IMG/VR virus record: IMGVR_UViG_3300018080_000116
Location: 74,193-138,192 of that record
DNA length: 64,000 nucleotides
DNA from: a virus
Reading direction: 5' to 3' (one strand)
The notes beneath the pieces were generated by a model that saw only the letters and a program-made list of their open reading frames with translations, had not been told where the DNA came from and did no database searches. Below are positions 16,060-25,183 of this stretch, piece after piece (position 1 is the stretch's first letter; each line of letters starts with the position of its first letter). Made by a program: the position numbers and the translations under genes.

Positions 16060-16635
16060 TCACTTGTTTTGGGATCTTATCGAACGGGCTGGGACTACTG
16101 GCACGCCCTGGTCTTCTGGCTTTCGATCAAGCTTCTTTACATGGATCGCTTCGATCTCCATGTCTGGGAAATAGCCAATGCGTAAGATCTTGTGGGTTTT
16201 TTGTTCAGTAAGTTCAGCCGGTTCATACTCATAGCCGTCCATTCCGCCAGACCAGCCGCCTGCGCAGTAGAATCCGGTCTTAACAAACCGGATGTCACAG
16301 ACATAGTATCTCTTTCCCTTTTTGCTTTCGTCGTACTTGGTGTGGATCTCTCGGGCGGAACCCCCAAATCGTTCAGCTTTTAATTTGGCGTAGGCAACAG
16401 CCCTTCGGACACGTTCATAAACATCCGAATGGAAACTCTTGGTGCCGTAGGGAGAATACGGCGGGAAGATGGAGAGGCCCATGTCCTTGACAAACTTCTT
16501 GATTGCCTCGCCGTGTTCTGCCTCTAGTTCGGCGATAGCATCGTCAACGGTTTTGGGATAGCCGCAGCGAACGAAGATATGAGGTTCGACGATCTCTATC
16601 CAATCGCCAACCCTTATGATGCTATCTTTCTTCAT
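16060..16635 (-). CDS. hypothetical protein
   Basis: long ORF in operon. Confidence 0.65.
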   Translation of the reverse strand: MKKDSIIRVGDWIEIVEPHIFVRCGYPKTVDDAIAELEAEHGEAIKKFVKDMGLSIFPPYSPYGTKSFHSDVYERVRRAVAYAKLKAERFGGSAREIHTKYDESKKGKRYYVCDIRFVKTGFYCAGGWSGGMDGYEYEPAELTEQKTHKILRIGYFPDMEIEAIHVKKLDRKPEDQGVPVVPARSIRSQNK

Positions 16636-16922
16636 ACCCGCAATGCAACCTTCTCTTCTTTGGTCAGTTTAGCAACACCGGACTTGTAAGCCGGGACCAT
16701 GTGAGAGGGAATTATAGCATCAGGCGAGAGATGAAGGATAGGTGAACCTTTAGGGCAGCCTCTTAGTGTGCCGGGCGGGAAGCGAACGTGGACGGTCACA
16801 CGGCCAGCCGTTATTACCTTATCAACCTCACCCTCTTTCCACTGAAGGTTGGTTTGGGTTGTCAGGTGATAAACACCCTTCTTAACAACCGTGACTTTCA
16901 CGCCGGGCCTAATATGTGACAT
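16632..16922 (-). CDS. hypothetical SH3-like small protein
   Basis: PGVKVTVVK...GEVDKV beta pattern; overlaps neighbouring stop/start codons. Confidence 0.55.
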   Translation of the reverse strand: MSHIRPGVKVTVVKKGVYHLTTQTNLQWKEGEVDKVITAGRVTVHVRFPPGTLRGCPKGSPILHLSPDAIIPSHMVPAYKSGVAKLTKEEKVALRV

Positions 16923-17152
16923 CAGATGTATTCCTCGATGATCTTGAGAACAGCCTTGATGTCGTCACCAGCCAGATCCAGTGTGGTTTCGCCTATCAAG
17001 AACTGAGCTTCGTCGGGGAAATATTCTTCCCCGTCATCGGTTTGCAGGGGGCCGTAGTTGTCTCGGAACACCTTGTCAGCATGTTGAAGCTTCTCTTGGA
17101 TTATCCTGACAATAACAGGCGGCATGAATTTAGGCACGACGACCCCTTTCAT
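16922..17152 (-). CDS. hypothetical protein
   Basis: coupled to neighbours. Confidence 0.55.
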   Translation of the reverse strand: MKGVVVPKFMPPVIVRIIQEKLQHADKVFRDNYGPLQTDDGEEYFPDEAQFLIGETTLDLAGDDIKAVLKIIEEYI

Positions 17153-17984
17153 TCACGTTCACGGGTGGCATCAATTCCAGGCGGAACGTCTTCGTGTTGA
17201 GATACATGGGCACTTCTGGATGTGCGCCTTTCCAGCGATTCTTCAATACGCAGCATCGAAACACATGGGTATTCCAAGAAACGGGAGTGTGGTCATAACG
17301 CATTTGGAGAACAACCGAAGGCATGTAGGCCAGCGGGCGATAATCCACAGCCGCCACCCCGAACTCATCATTCAATTTTTGTGTTGTAATCGAAAGAACA
17401 ATGGCACAATCGTGATCGTATGCCATGCCAACCAGTTGATGCAGCGTGTCCATCCTGCGTTTGGCTCGATAGTTGTAGGGCGTCTCCCCAGTTTGATACC
17501 AATTTCGGAAAGGAAGGGTTCCGAAGCTCTCGTCGAAAAGGATGTCGTGATTGCCCAACGCCCGATGCCAATTAGACTCGACATCTTGAGGCATGTATGA
17601 GGCGGGCAGCAGAGAGTAATCACCAAAATAATCAGTGGGGTAATACCACAAGTGCCCCTCAAAAGGGAGCGTGTTGGCACCCCTGTGAGCCAACAGGTGG
17701 GCCGTGCCCTGTTCAGGCACAAATCCCGCAGAACTTTTCTTGGCGGCATTGAGTGCCATGGTTCGCATGAGAGCCGATTTGCCAGAACCGGCTTTGCCCA
17801 TGACAACTGAGACGGTTCCTCGGCGAAGACCGCCTCCTAACGCCTCGTCGAGCATTGGAAATCCGGTTGTAATAAGCTGTTCATCCAGCTTGACGATCTT
17901 CTTTTTCTTTTCCGCCACCAGAAGCGTCGGTGCCGCCACAAACGTCCCGATCACTCCCAACATCTGCCGTCTGTTTAGATTCAT
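17130..17984 (-). CDS. Tat-leader protein 1: DnaB/RecA-fold ATPase
   Basis: MNLNRRQMLG leader; TGFPMLDEALGGGLRRG, Walker A GKAGSGKS, VLKNR. Confidence 0.75.
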   Translation of the reverse strand: MNLNRRQMLGVIGTFVAAPTLLVAEKKKKIVKLDEQLITTGFPMLDEALGGGLRRGTVSVVMGKAGSGKSALMRTMALNAAKKSSAGFVPEQGTAHLLAHRGANTLPFEGHLWYYPTDYFGDYSLLPASYMPQDVESNWHRALGNHDILFDESFGTLPFRNWYQTGETPYNYRAKRRMDTLHQLVGMAYDHDCAIVLSITTQKLNDEFGVAAVDYRPLAYMPSVVLQMRYDHTPVSWNTHVFRCCVLKNRWKGAHPEVPMYLNTKTFRLELMPPVNVNERGRRA

Positions 17985-18589
17985 TGCAAGTTCTCCCAGT
18001 GTGCTTCCATGCGAAAGCTGCCCTTCTCGCACATGAAGTCCATGCGGTCAATGTAGGATCGAGGATGACCGCTCGCCCAATACCAATACGACGGGTAATC
18101 AACATGCGCCCACACATCGGCATCGGGAGAGCCATGAAGCGGACTGCCCTCCCATATGGCAAAGCCCCTCTGGCCCGACAGCCACAGGGTAGCATCTGGA
18201 TTTTCTCGCAGATGATAGAAATTCCCCTTCCCCTCTTTCCACGCAGGCTTAAAGGCCATCATGTGGGAGATTGTGAAAGGGTGGGCCATGACCCACTTCA
18301 CCGGGCCTTTTTCTTTCCAAATGATCTCGCACAAATGCCAGTAAAACCCTTCAATGCGTTCGTTCACCAACAGATGTTCGGACTTGACATTGCCGTAGTG
18401 TAAATGCTTGGGCGCATCATGCAGCATGTCGAACGTCCGCACATCATGCTGGGGAATATGTCCCGGTTCGGGTTCCAGGATCTTTACTTCGTGTCTTCCT
18501 GGCTTGAGGGGAAGAAAAGCAGAAGCAGGCAAGACCACTGCGGCTCCCGCCGCAGTGGTCATTTTCAAAAAGTCCCTTCGATTATGCAT
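17981..18589 (-). CDS. Tat-leader protein 2
   Basis: MHNRRDFLKMTTAAGAAVVLPASA. Confidence 0.75.
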   Translation of the reverse strand: MHNRRDFLKMTTAAGAAVVLPASAFLPLKPGRHEVKILEPEPGHIPQHDVRTFDMLHDAPKHLHYGNVKSEHLLVNERIEGFYWHLCEIIWKEKGPVKWVMAHPFTISHMMAFKPAWKEGKGNFYHLRENPDATLWLSGQRGFAIWEGSPLHGSPDADVWAHVDYPSYWYWASGHPRSYIDRMDFMCEKGSFRMEAHWENLQ

Positions 18590-19091
18590 GGGGTCTCCTT
18601 TTTTGCTGTGCGGTCATAATGCAGACGTTGTTTTCCATGGCGACCCTTCTCCACATTTCCATTTCGGAGGGGAGTTCTCTCAAGTCAGAGAAAGACAGGG
18701 ACTTCACGACATCTCGCTTGGTCATGGGTTGACCAGCGATCAAAAGTCTGGCTTCGGGCCATGTGGCTTTTGCCACAGCAACCTTTGATACCAGATTGCG
18801 GGGCCCGTAGATGAACCAGACCTTCATGGGGTAGCTCATGTTCTCGTCGGCTTCGATGGAATCTTCTACCGCTCTCATAAAATCCCATTCCCGTTCTCGG
18901 TCTCTGAAGATCATTGGAACCCGAACGAGATCGGTTCCATCACCTTTGGCATCGATTTGACAATCATTGCTTTGTGTGGAAACGTAGTAGATTTCGCTCG
19001 CCTGTTTCACTGGCGTGGCGAAAGAGAGGGGCAAGACCACTGCGGCTCCCGCCGCAGTGGTCGTTTTCAAAAAGTTTCTTCGGTTAATCAT
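18582..19091 (-). CDS. Tat-leader protein 3 (C-terminus resembles a DnaB helicase fragment)
   Basis: MINRRNFLKTTTAAGAAVVLP; WRRVAMENNVCIMTAQQ. Confidence 0.7.
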   Translation of the reverse strand: MINRRNFLKTTTAAGAAVVLPLSFATPVKQASEIYYVSTQSNDCQIDAKGDGTDLVRVPMIFRDREREWDFMRAVEDSIEADENMSYPMKVWFIYGPRNLVSKVAVAKATWPEARLLIAGQPMTKRDVVKSLSFSDLRELPSEMEMWRRVAMENNVCIMTAQQKRRPHA

Positions 19092-19260
19092 TGTTTCCTC
19101 CAAACGAATCCGGTTCGTTCACATCGAATGCCCGCCCGAGTCCACACGATTCTATCGCAGTTCTCAAAGGATCGCACGGTGTTTCTTTTAGATGGTGCGT
19201 CCTTGTGAGCCACATGAGGGTCGTATGCCCTCTGAACAGGCGGCGCTTGTCGTGGAGCAT

Positions 19261-19473
19261 TCATTTTCGAGGGTCCGGTAGAAGGTACATGGGCCACAAG
19301 ATCGCCAGCCCGGCACATATCGCTGCTTTGCCCCAGTTGATACCGATGCCGGGCTCCCACCAGCGTCCGAATTTATGATCGGGCTGGGCAAACATCAAGA
19401 TAAAGCTCGTGGTCCATCCAATCAAGTAGACTGTGAAGAGGGTAGAGATGATCCATCCGATGATTGCAATCAT
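19261..19473 (-). CDS. small membrane protein
   Basis: two hydrophobic segments. Confidence 0.6.
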   Translation of the reverse strand: MIAIIGWIISTLFTVYLIGWTTSFILMFAQPDHKFGRWWEPGIGINWGKAAICAGLAILWPMYLLPDPRK

Positions 19474-19527
19474 GTTAATCTCAGTTTTGCAAAAAGGCTA
19501 CCCCGATTTTGTAGGTCTTTTTGTCCA

Positions 19528-19896
19528 TCAGTCTTTTACCTCTCTATACAGGCTTTGTTTCAGCCGCTTCCACTGCCCGCCGATATTATTTGCGTGTATG
19601 GAATGAAGCCCCTGAAAAAGGTTGACGGTGCTATCAGTGCGAACGAACACGCACACTTGGGTTCCCCCTTCTTCTGTCCTCCACAAGTACCATTCCCCCA
19701 GATCGGTCGGACACCGAGACCAGTTTTCTCGATCTCGTTTTTCCTCAGCTTGGATCTGGATGTCCATCAAGAGGGATTCAGCGGCTTGCAGGGTGGCAAA
19801 GCTGCCATCTGAATGGCGTATCTCTAGCGGATTCTCACACTCAACTGTCCACCCTTCGGACATCAATAGTTCGATCATATTGTCATCCATTGTCAT
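19528..19896 (-). CDS. hypothetical protein
   Basis: GGAGG RBS before MTMDDN. Confidence 0.6.
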   Translation of the reverse strand: MTMDDNMIELLMSEGWTVECENPLEIRHSDGSFATLQAAESLLMDIQIQAEEKRDRENWSRCPTDLGEWYLWRTEEGGTQVCVFVRTDSTVNLFQGLHSIHANNIGGQWKRLKQSLYREVKD

Positions 19897-20027
19897 CCTC
19901 CGTAATGAAGTTGCTTTCCCACCCTTCATGGTACGTTCCGTTGGCATCGTAGCCCTTGACGTACCAGTCGGCGGCGTACATTCCGTAGTGCTCTTTGGTC
20001 CGGGATACAACCCGGACGAGGACAACT

Positions 20028-20231
20028 TTAGTCGTTTGGCCCATGGCTTGCCACACCCCTTGTTTGGCGTTCCTGGATGACTTCCACCATCCGAATCCAA
20101 TCCCATTGTAGGTTCGGGCTGCATCGGATCTCGGTGAACTTAATCATGGCTTCCTGATCGGAATCGGCCTCAAACCGTGTGTAGAGTTTTTCTGGGATGT
20201 CATGTCGGGCGTGATAGACTTCGTATTTCAT
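20028..20231 (-). CDS. hypothetical protein
   Basis: operon position. Confidence 0.55.
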   Translation of the reverse strand: MKYEVYHARHDIPEKLYTRFEADSDQEAMIKFTEIRCSPNLQWDWIRMVEVIQERQTRGVASHGPND

Positions 20232-20542
20232 GTTTTCTTGTGTCTTGTAATGTCGAGTAGGTACAGGAATAGAACAATAACGCCAAGGATCAAAGCCACT
20301 ATGATGGCGGCTGCGAACAAAGTCCCAAGAAGGAGGGCAAAACCACCAATGATAGTCCCATCATTAAACTCCCACGCCAACTCCGGTGTCCCCCACAACC
20401 AGTTGAAGGCGGTTGTGGTGGGGCCGACTATTTGTCTCCAGCAGGAGAGCAGCAGCATGATTGGCTTGCCGAAGATGGCCAAGACAACGCATGTCATTGT
20501 CACATAAACCAACAGTCGTCCGGTGGTGTATTGCTTCAACAT
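20228..20542 (-). CDS. membrane protein
   Basis: two long hydrophobic stretches. Confidence 0.6.
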   Translation of the reverse strand: MLKQYTTGRLLVYVTMTCVVLAIFGKPIMLLLSCWRQIVGPTTTAFNWLWGTPELAWEFNDGTIIGGFALLLGTLFAAAIIVALILGVIVLFLYLLDITRHKKT

Positions 20543-20781
20543 GACACAAATAAGGGTCCATTCGGTCCCACATATGCCCCAAGTGTGTTGAATTGAAAGT
20601 ATTCAATGGCGTCTTCTTCGGTTGCGCCATCTTTCATGAGGATGTCAATGCATTTGATGCTGCTGTAGACGGCTCGACAGGGTTCACATGCGTTATGCGT
20701 AAACCCTATGATGGCATCATCGAACCCATCGGCGAACAGGGCATCCTCATTTCTTTCTGCGATCTGTTCTTTTAGATTCAT
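20536..20781 (-). CDS. conserved-type phage hypothetical protein
   Basis: ADGFDDAIIG...AIEYFQFNTLGAYVG pattern common in phage small proteins. Confidence 0.65.
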   Translation of the reverse strand: MNLKEQIAERNEDALFADGFDDAIIGFTHNACEPCRAVYSSIKCIDILMKDGATEEDAIEYFQFNTLGAYVGPNGPLFVSC

Positions 20782-20824
20782 TCTTTTAATTTTGTTTTCT
20801 TTTCCCTAGTGCTTCCGATGGACA

Positions 20825-20858
20825 AACGCCCCGTGCCACCGGCACGGGGCGTTCTTTT
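20825..20858. terminator. intrinsic terminator hairpin
   Basis: AACGCCCCGTGCC-acc-GGCACGGGGCGTT. Confidence 0.7.
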
Positions 20859-20881
20859 GATTGTGATTTAATCTGGCTTAT

Positions 20882-21115
20882 TTACCAAGCCAGTACGACG
20901 CCATCCCCTCGTCGGATAATCTCAAAGCCCATTGTCTTGAGAGCGGGCCAGATTTTTCCTTCTGCCATGCCTTTTGGGGGCAATGGGAGGGAGATGTTTC
21001 GCAGCGGAGAGATGAATCGGTTCCTTCCCGCTCGCTCAATTTCACGAGCCCTTAGGGTAATCTCGGAGACATACCGGCTGGCTTCCATTCCTTTTTCCTT
21101 GTTTGCCCCTGTCAC
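20882..21115 (-). CDS. hypothetical protein
   Basis: operon position. Confidence 0.5.
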   Translation of the reverse strand: MTGANKEKGMEASRYVSEITLRAREIERAGRNRFISPLRNISLPLPPKGMAEGKIWPALKTMGFEIIRRGDGVVLAW

Positions 21116-21118
21116 GCC

Positions 21119-21580
21119 CTACTTCTTCACGACGTACTTGGTTCCTTCCACGACGATCCATTCCATGGTCCTGAGATCGACTTGACGCATTTGGGGACCG
21201 GTTTCGACCAGTTCTTCCACCTGGGCGTAGCCCGTGTCGTTGGTGGCGAGGAATCGGCAGATCATGTTACGGTCGGAGCCGTCTTTCTTGACGAATTGGA
21301 TCTGGATGGGTTTGTTGGGGCTATCCTTGAGGATGCCGATGATCTTGGTTCGGCTGAGGGTGACTTCTTCTTCAACGAAGTTGCCTGAGAACCCTTTTTG
21401 GATCAGTGGTTCGCCTTGGACGGTGAACATCTGGTCTTGTTCGATGTTCTTGACGACGAGGCACAGGTCTCCGTCTTTGTTTTTTACTTCCTCCACGATG
21501 GTGTAGAAGTGAAAGGCGACGACATCGCCTTTTTTGACTTTGGTGGGATCGAGTTCATTGATTACTTTGTCTTCGTTCAT
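21119..21580 (-). CDS. WYL-like/SH3-fold protein
   Basis: IQFVKKDGSDRNM...RQVDLRT pattern. Confidence 0.55.
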   Translation of the reverse strand: MNEDKVINELDPTKVKKGDVVAFHFYTIVEEVKNKDGDLCLVVKNIEQDQMFTVQGEPLIQKGFSGNFVEEEVTLSRTKIIGILKDSPNKPIQIQFVKKDGSDRNMICRFLATNDTGYAQVEELVETGPQMRQVDLRTMEWIVVEGTKYVVKK

Positions 21581-21599
21581 TGGTTTTCCTTTCTCCTTG

Positions 21600-22154
21600 T
21601 TAATCGGTAAGAGCGTTCAATTCTTCCGGCCATTTTGATTTTCCGCTTATCGCAATATCGGCCAGATCACCCAGGAGATCCCATTGGACGTTGAAGGTGT
21701 CACCTTCTCGGAGGTACGTGTCCAGTTCTCGGAAAGATCTCAACACCAGAGACTCTCCATCTGGAAAGGGGCTTTTTTTATAGAACAGTTGGAGGGACAG
21801 GCGGGACACGTGAAAGAGAGAGTCACGGGCAACGAAGTGGCCCGTGACTCTGAAGGTTGCGTCTTCGTAGACGACTTTAGTGTCATCCAGGATGTAGCAA
21901 GCAGTTGCGGGCTTGCCGAGGTGGATCATTTGTCTTGAGCCGACCGAGCGTCTGCCCGTGATGTCCATGAAAGCCGTGAAGCTTTCGGCCAGTCGTTGTT
22001 TGGCGTCATCGAGTGATGAGTGGGAGACGACGAGTCGATCTTTGGGCGGCTCGTCGATACCGAAGTTATCGTCAGTGAGCAGCGAAAAGGGGATGAATGC
22101 TGCGGATGCCCCAGCGGCGGCTGTTTTCAGGAAGTTCCTGCGGGTGTGCGACAT
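21600..22154 (-). CDS. Tat-leader protein 4 (possible baseplate/fibre-domain paralog)
   Basis: MSHTRRNFLKTAAAGASAAFIP; C-terminal GDTFNVQWDL. Confidence 0.7.
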   Translation of the reverse strand: MSHTRRNFLKTAAAGASAAFIPFSLLTDDNFGIDEPPKDRLVVSHSSLDDAKQRLAESFTAFMDITGRRSVGSRQMIHLGKPATACYILDDTKVVYEDATFRVTGHFVARDSLFHVSRLSLQLFYKKSPFPDGESLVLRSFRELDTYLREGDTFNVQWDLLGDLADIAISGKSKWPEELNALTD

Positions 22155-22287
22155 TATTAACTCCGTCTAATAATGGAATCGGAGAAACGAAGAGCGACTG
22201 CGGCATCCTGCCGCAGTCGCTCTCTCCCCATGCGAGGCTTTACAATCCTTATGCCTCCCCTGCCACAACGTCCCATGTTGTGGACTT

Positions 22288-22692
22288 CTACTGGCTAGAT
22301 CCTTCTGCCTCGTTTTCACCTTGGGGGTTGAGCAACTCTTCCTTGCTTCTCCATGCTTTGCGAAGTTCGATCTTACTCATCCCGGCCCATTTGTCAATAC
22401 AGGTTTGGTGTTGCTCGTCGGTGAGTCGCCCTTCTTCTTTTGCGGTGTTGGCCCAAGCAGTCAGGCTTGTTTTGTATTGTTCCTTGGCCATTTCGTTGAA
22501 AACGATTTGCGTTGTTGTTTCCTGAAAGCCGGTGGGTGGGTGTGCGATGAATTCTTCACCGTCTGCGGCTTGGCCCATTTCGTCGATCTGGGCGAGATCA
22601 TCATGGGGAGCTTCATCGGGCGCAATCTCGGGCTGGGGTTCTTGGCAGCCAACGAAGAGGACAAAGGCTAGGAGGGGCAGCAGGCGTTTCAT
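22288..22692 (-). CDS. lipoprotein
   Basis: MKRLLPLLAFVLFVGC lipobox. Confidence 0.7.
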   Translation of the reverse strand: MKRLLPLLAFVLFVGCQEPQPEIAPDEAPHDDLAQIDEMGQAADGEEFIAHPPTGFQETTTQIVFNEMAKEQYKTSLTAWANTAKEEGRLTDEQHQTCIDKWAGMSKIELRKAWRSKEELLNPQGENEAEGSSQ

Positions 22693-22785
22693 TGGTTTTC
22701 CTTAGACATCCGTGGGCTTGGAGGGTATTGATTACGTGGTCGGCGGCAGTATCAGTGTCCATGCCTGATACATCAATTTTGAGTC

Positions 22786-23190
22786 CTATGTCAATGGCGT
22801 TTCGGAGGGCGGCGATGATTTCGGCTCGGGCGGTTTCATACTGCATGATCTTTCACCATAATACATGTAAACATTTTCATAATACCAATCAATGGTGAAC
22901 GCCAGGAAGACACAATGTTCCGGGCAGTTCTCTTTTATAGCTTCGGGCAGCGAGATGTATTTGCTGCGAAGAACGTCTTTGGTTTTGGTCTTTCCAAACC
23001 ATCCCTCAACCTCTTCTTGACACACAACGAAATCCTTCCACACGAGGATTTCGCCAGTCCCCTCGCCTGTGGCCACCTTTTTTTTGACGACGTAGACACG
23101 TTCGAGGCTAGTGATGTCGAACGAGACGAGGGCGGCGGCATTTTGGGCGGCTGTTGCTGCGGCGGGTTGTGGCACGGGTTTACCTAACAT
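22786..23190 (-). CDS. hypothetical protein
   Basis: start reassigned to MLGKPVP. Confidence 0.55.
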   Translation of the reverse strand: MLGKPVPQPAAATAAQNAAALVSFDITSLERVYVVKKKVATGEGTGEILVWKDFVVCQEEVEGWFGKTKTKDVLRSKYISLPEAIKENCPEHCVFLAFTIDWYYENVYMYYGERSCSMKPPEPKSSPPSETPLT

Positions 23191-23468
23191 GTTTCTTGTT
23201 TGACTCGCTCCAGGTTGGCGAGCAGGTTGTATTTGATGACCCAATGCAGGTGCGGATTATAGATGATGTCGTGTCTAATTTGCAAGTAGTCTTTTTCGTC
23301 TTGGCAAGCCATAATCCTCTTGCAGAATTCGCCATCGAGTGCCTTGATACCGAGTGGTGTTTTACAGCAGAAAAAGAAGCTGCTGTTGAGAGGTGCTTGA
23401 TCGACGTAGACGGCATCCATGCCGCCGCAGTCTTCAAGCGTGAAGGGCAGGTCCATCTGGATCAACAT
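23184..23468 (-). CDS. hypothetical protein
   Basis: start reassigned to MLIQMDLP. Confidence 0.5.
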   Translation of the reverse strand: MLIQMDLPFTLEDCGGMDAVYVDQAPLNSSFFFCCKTPLGIKALDGEFCKRIMACQDEKDYLQIRHDIIYNPHLHWVIKYNLLANLERVKQETC

Positions 23469-24031
23469 CCGTCTTGCACCTTTGAGATTGCGTGGACTCC
23501 AAGCAGTTTTACATTCTTTGACACGACAGTGACATATCGCTCTTCTTGGCAGGGGGTGACATCGAAAAGTTCTCTCTCGGTGTCGGCTTGAACGGCGGTG
23601 CGGAAGACAATATCTTTGGGCATGCCTCTTTTGGGCAACACCAATTCCCTGAGTCGTCGGCCTTCGGGGGTGTCGAGGCATTGGATGTCGCAAATAACCC
23701 AATCCTCGTGGGTGTCGCAATCATGAAGAAACTCGAATTTTGTAGCAACGTGAGAGATTTCGCTGAGACGGATCTTACAATCTTTGGGCATGCCGATTTG
23801 GCCCCACACGCCTTCTTTGGGAATTCGGTCAACCATTTCCTCGATGGCTTTCCGGGGGTAAATGTTCATGTTCTTGGTGGGGCGGTCAAGAACAAGCGTC
23901 CGGACGTGTACGAGTTTGTCGGGAGGTTTCGCCACGGCTTCAACGACCGGTGGCGTGTCCTCGAAAGAGATGGGGATCGCTGCGGCGGATGCGGCTGCCG
24001 CTGCCGTTTTCAAAAAACTCCTTCTATCCAT
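23462..24031 (-). CDS. Tat-leader protein 5: degenerate T4 gp21-type prohead protease homolog
   Basis: [20 protein letters not shown]; NMNIYP, GQIGMP, ISHV, LDTPEG follow the gp21 motif order. Confidence 0.7.
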   Translation of the reverse strand: MDRRSFLKTAAAAASAAAIPISFEDTPPVVEAVAKPPDKLVHVRTLVLDRPTKNMNIYPRKAIEEMVDRIPKEGVWGQIGMPKDCKIRLSEISHVATKFEFLHDCDTHEDWVICDIQCLDTPEGRRLRELVLPKRGMPKDIVFRTAVQADTERELFDVTPCQEERYVTVVSKNVKLLGVHAISKVQDGC

Positions 24032-24230
24032 CGTCTTCCCGGCCTCCTTGATCTGCCCGCTGGATTGCTTCCCAGACTTCCCTGCGGTGAACGCACTTCC
24101 ACTCCTTGGGAGCGTTGATGCCGAGTCGGACTTTATCGCCTCGGATTTCAACGACCACGATGTCAATTACGTTGTCGGGATCGGGGCCAACAACAATGCT
24201 TTCATTTTTCTTTCTGGACAACACGAGCAT
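24024..24230 (-). CDS. csrA: carbon storage regulator CsrA/RsmA
   Basis: [15 protein letters not shown]...[16 protein letters not shown]...VHRREV. Confidence 0.95.
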   Translation of the reverse strand: MLVLSRKKNESIVVGPDPDNVIDIVVVEIRGDKVRLGINAPKEWKCVHRREVWEAIQRADQGGREDDG

Positions 24231-24243
24231 GGGAATCTCCTTT

Positions 24244-24879
24244 TTAACAGAGTTCGTTAATGAGAGCGTCCTTCAGTTCTCCATCGAGCTTCAGGGGTTC
24301 GCCAAGGGGTTGGAAACCACACACATGAACGGCGTAGAATTCGTCAAGGGCAGCTTCGTCAAAACCACGGAAGCAATCAATCATTTCGCCGAAATACAAG
24401 TCCATCGTAAGCAGTTCCCAACCGCTCTTCGTGAACTGACTTCCAATAGATACTGGATGAACGTCGGCGAGACATTCTTGTCTGTTGTTGGCGAAGTCCC
24501 AGAGCGTTACGATCCTGGAATCAACAACATAGTCCAGCTTTCCACCTTCTCGCTTAAACGGCGTGGGCTTCGACCAATCCCATAGATCTTGTGACAGAAC
24601 TTTGGCGTCCTTGAGAGTGAAAGTCAGCCGCAATGATCCGACGAGGCCCCGTGCATCCCCATTGAAGCGCCGGTAAGTCCAAAAGAAATTGGGAATCCAA
24701 TTGATGCCTTCGATGTGAAGTCCCAGTTGGTCGTCACGACCATAAACGTCGCCGTACTTGGTAATGGGTTTGGGTTTCGGCTTTGGAAGAACGGGTTCGT
24801 AAGAAATCAGCGGAGCCACAATCGGCAATGACAGAGCGGCGGCAGTGTTCCTCAAAAAGTCACGTCTTGTGGCGATCAT
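24244..24879 (-). CDS. Tat-leader protein 6 (possible gp19-type tail tube paralog)
   Basis: [19 protein letters not shown]; WIP..W, LWDW, TLWD..NN.QE.L.DV.P.SI pattern. Confidence 0.7.
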   Translation of the reverse strand: MIATRRDFLRNTAAALSLPIVAPLISYEPVLPKPKPKPITKYGDVYGRDDQLGLHIEGINWIPNFFWTYRRFNGDARGLVGSLRLTFTLKDAKVLSQDLWDWSKPTPFKREGGKLDYVVDSRIVTLWDFANNRQECLADVHPVSIGSQFTKSGWELLTMDLYFGEMIDCFRGFDEAALDEFYAVHVCGFQPLGEPLKLDGELKDALINELC

Positions 24880-24999
24880 CTTTCTTTCTCCTCTCATGGA
24901 ACTTGGAAACATCGAAATCAATTTTGACTCGATGGTTCTTGCGCAAAACAATCACTCCCGACCTGCGGTCGGAAGTGATTTTGATGACTTTCTTGTTTT

Positions 25000-25182
25000 T
25001 CATTGCCCCACGGCCTTAATCAGATCGGGCAGGCTTGAAGAGAAACCCGCAAGCAGGAAACCAACAAACAGGAACCAACCCCATCCTTCCTTTTCTTTCA
25101 CGGCCAAGAAGGCGGCAACGATGAAGCAGGTGATGGACGGTAGTAGGGACAGGAATAAAACTAATAGGGCCACGATGTTCTC
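25000..25182 (-). CDS. small two-TM membrane protein
   Basis: hydrophobic C-terminal part of ORF 25000..25491; exact start uncertain. Confidence 0.45.
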   Translation of the reverse strand, partial: ENIVALLVLFLSLLPSITCFIVAAFLAVKEKEGWGWFLFVGFLLAGFSSSLPDLIKAVGQ

Positions 25183-25183
25183 C

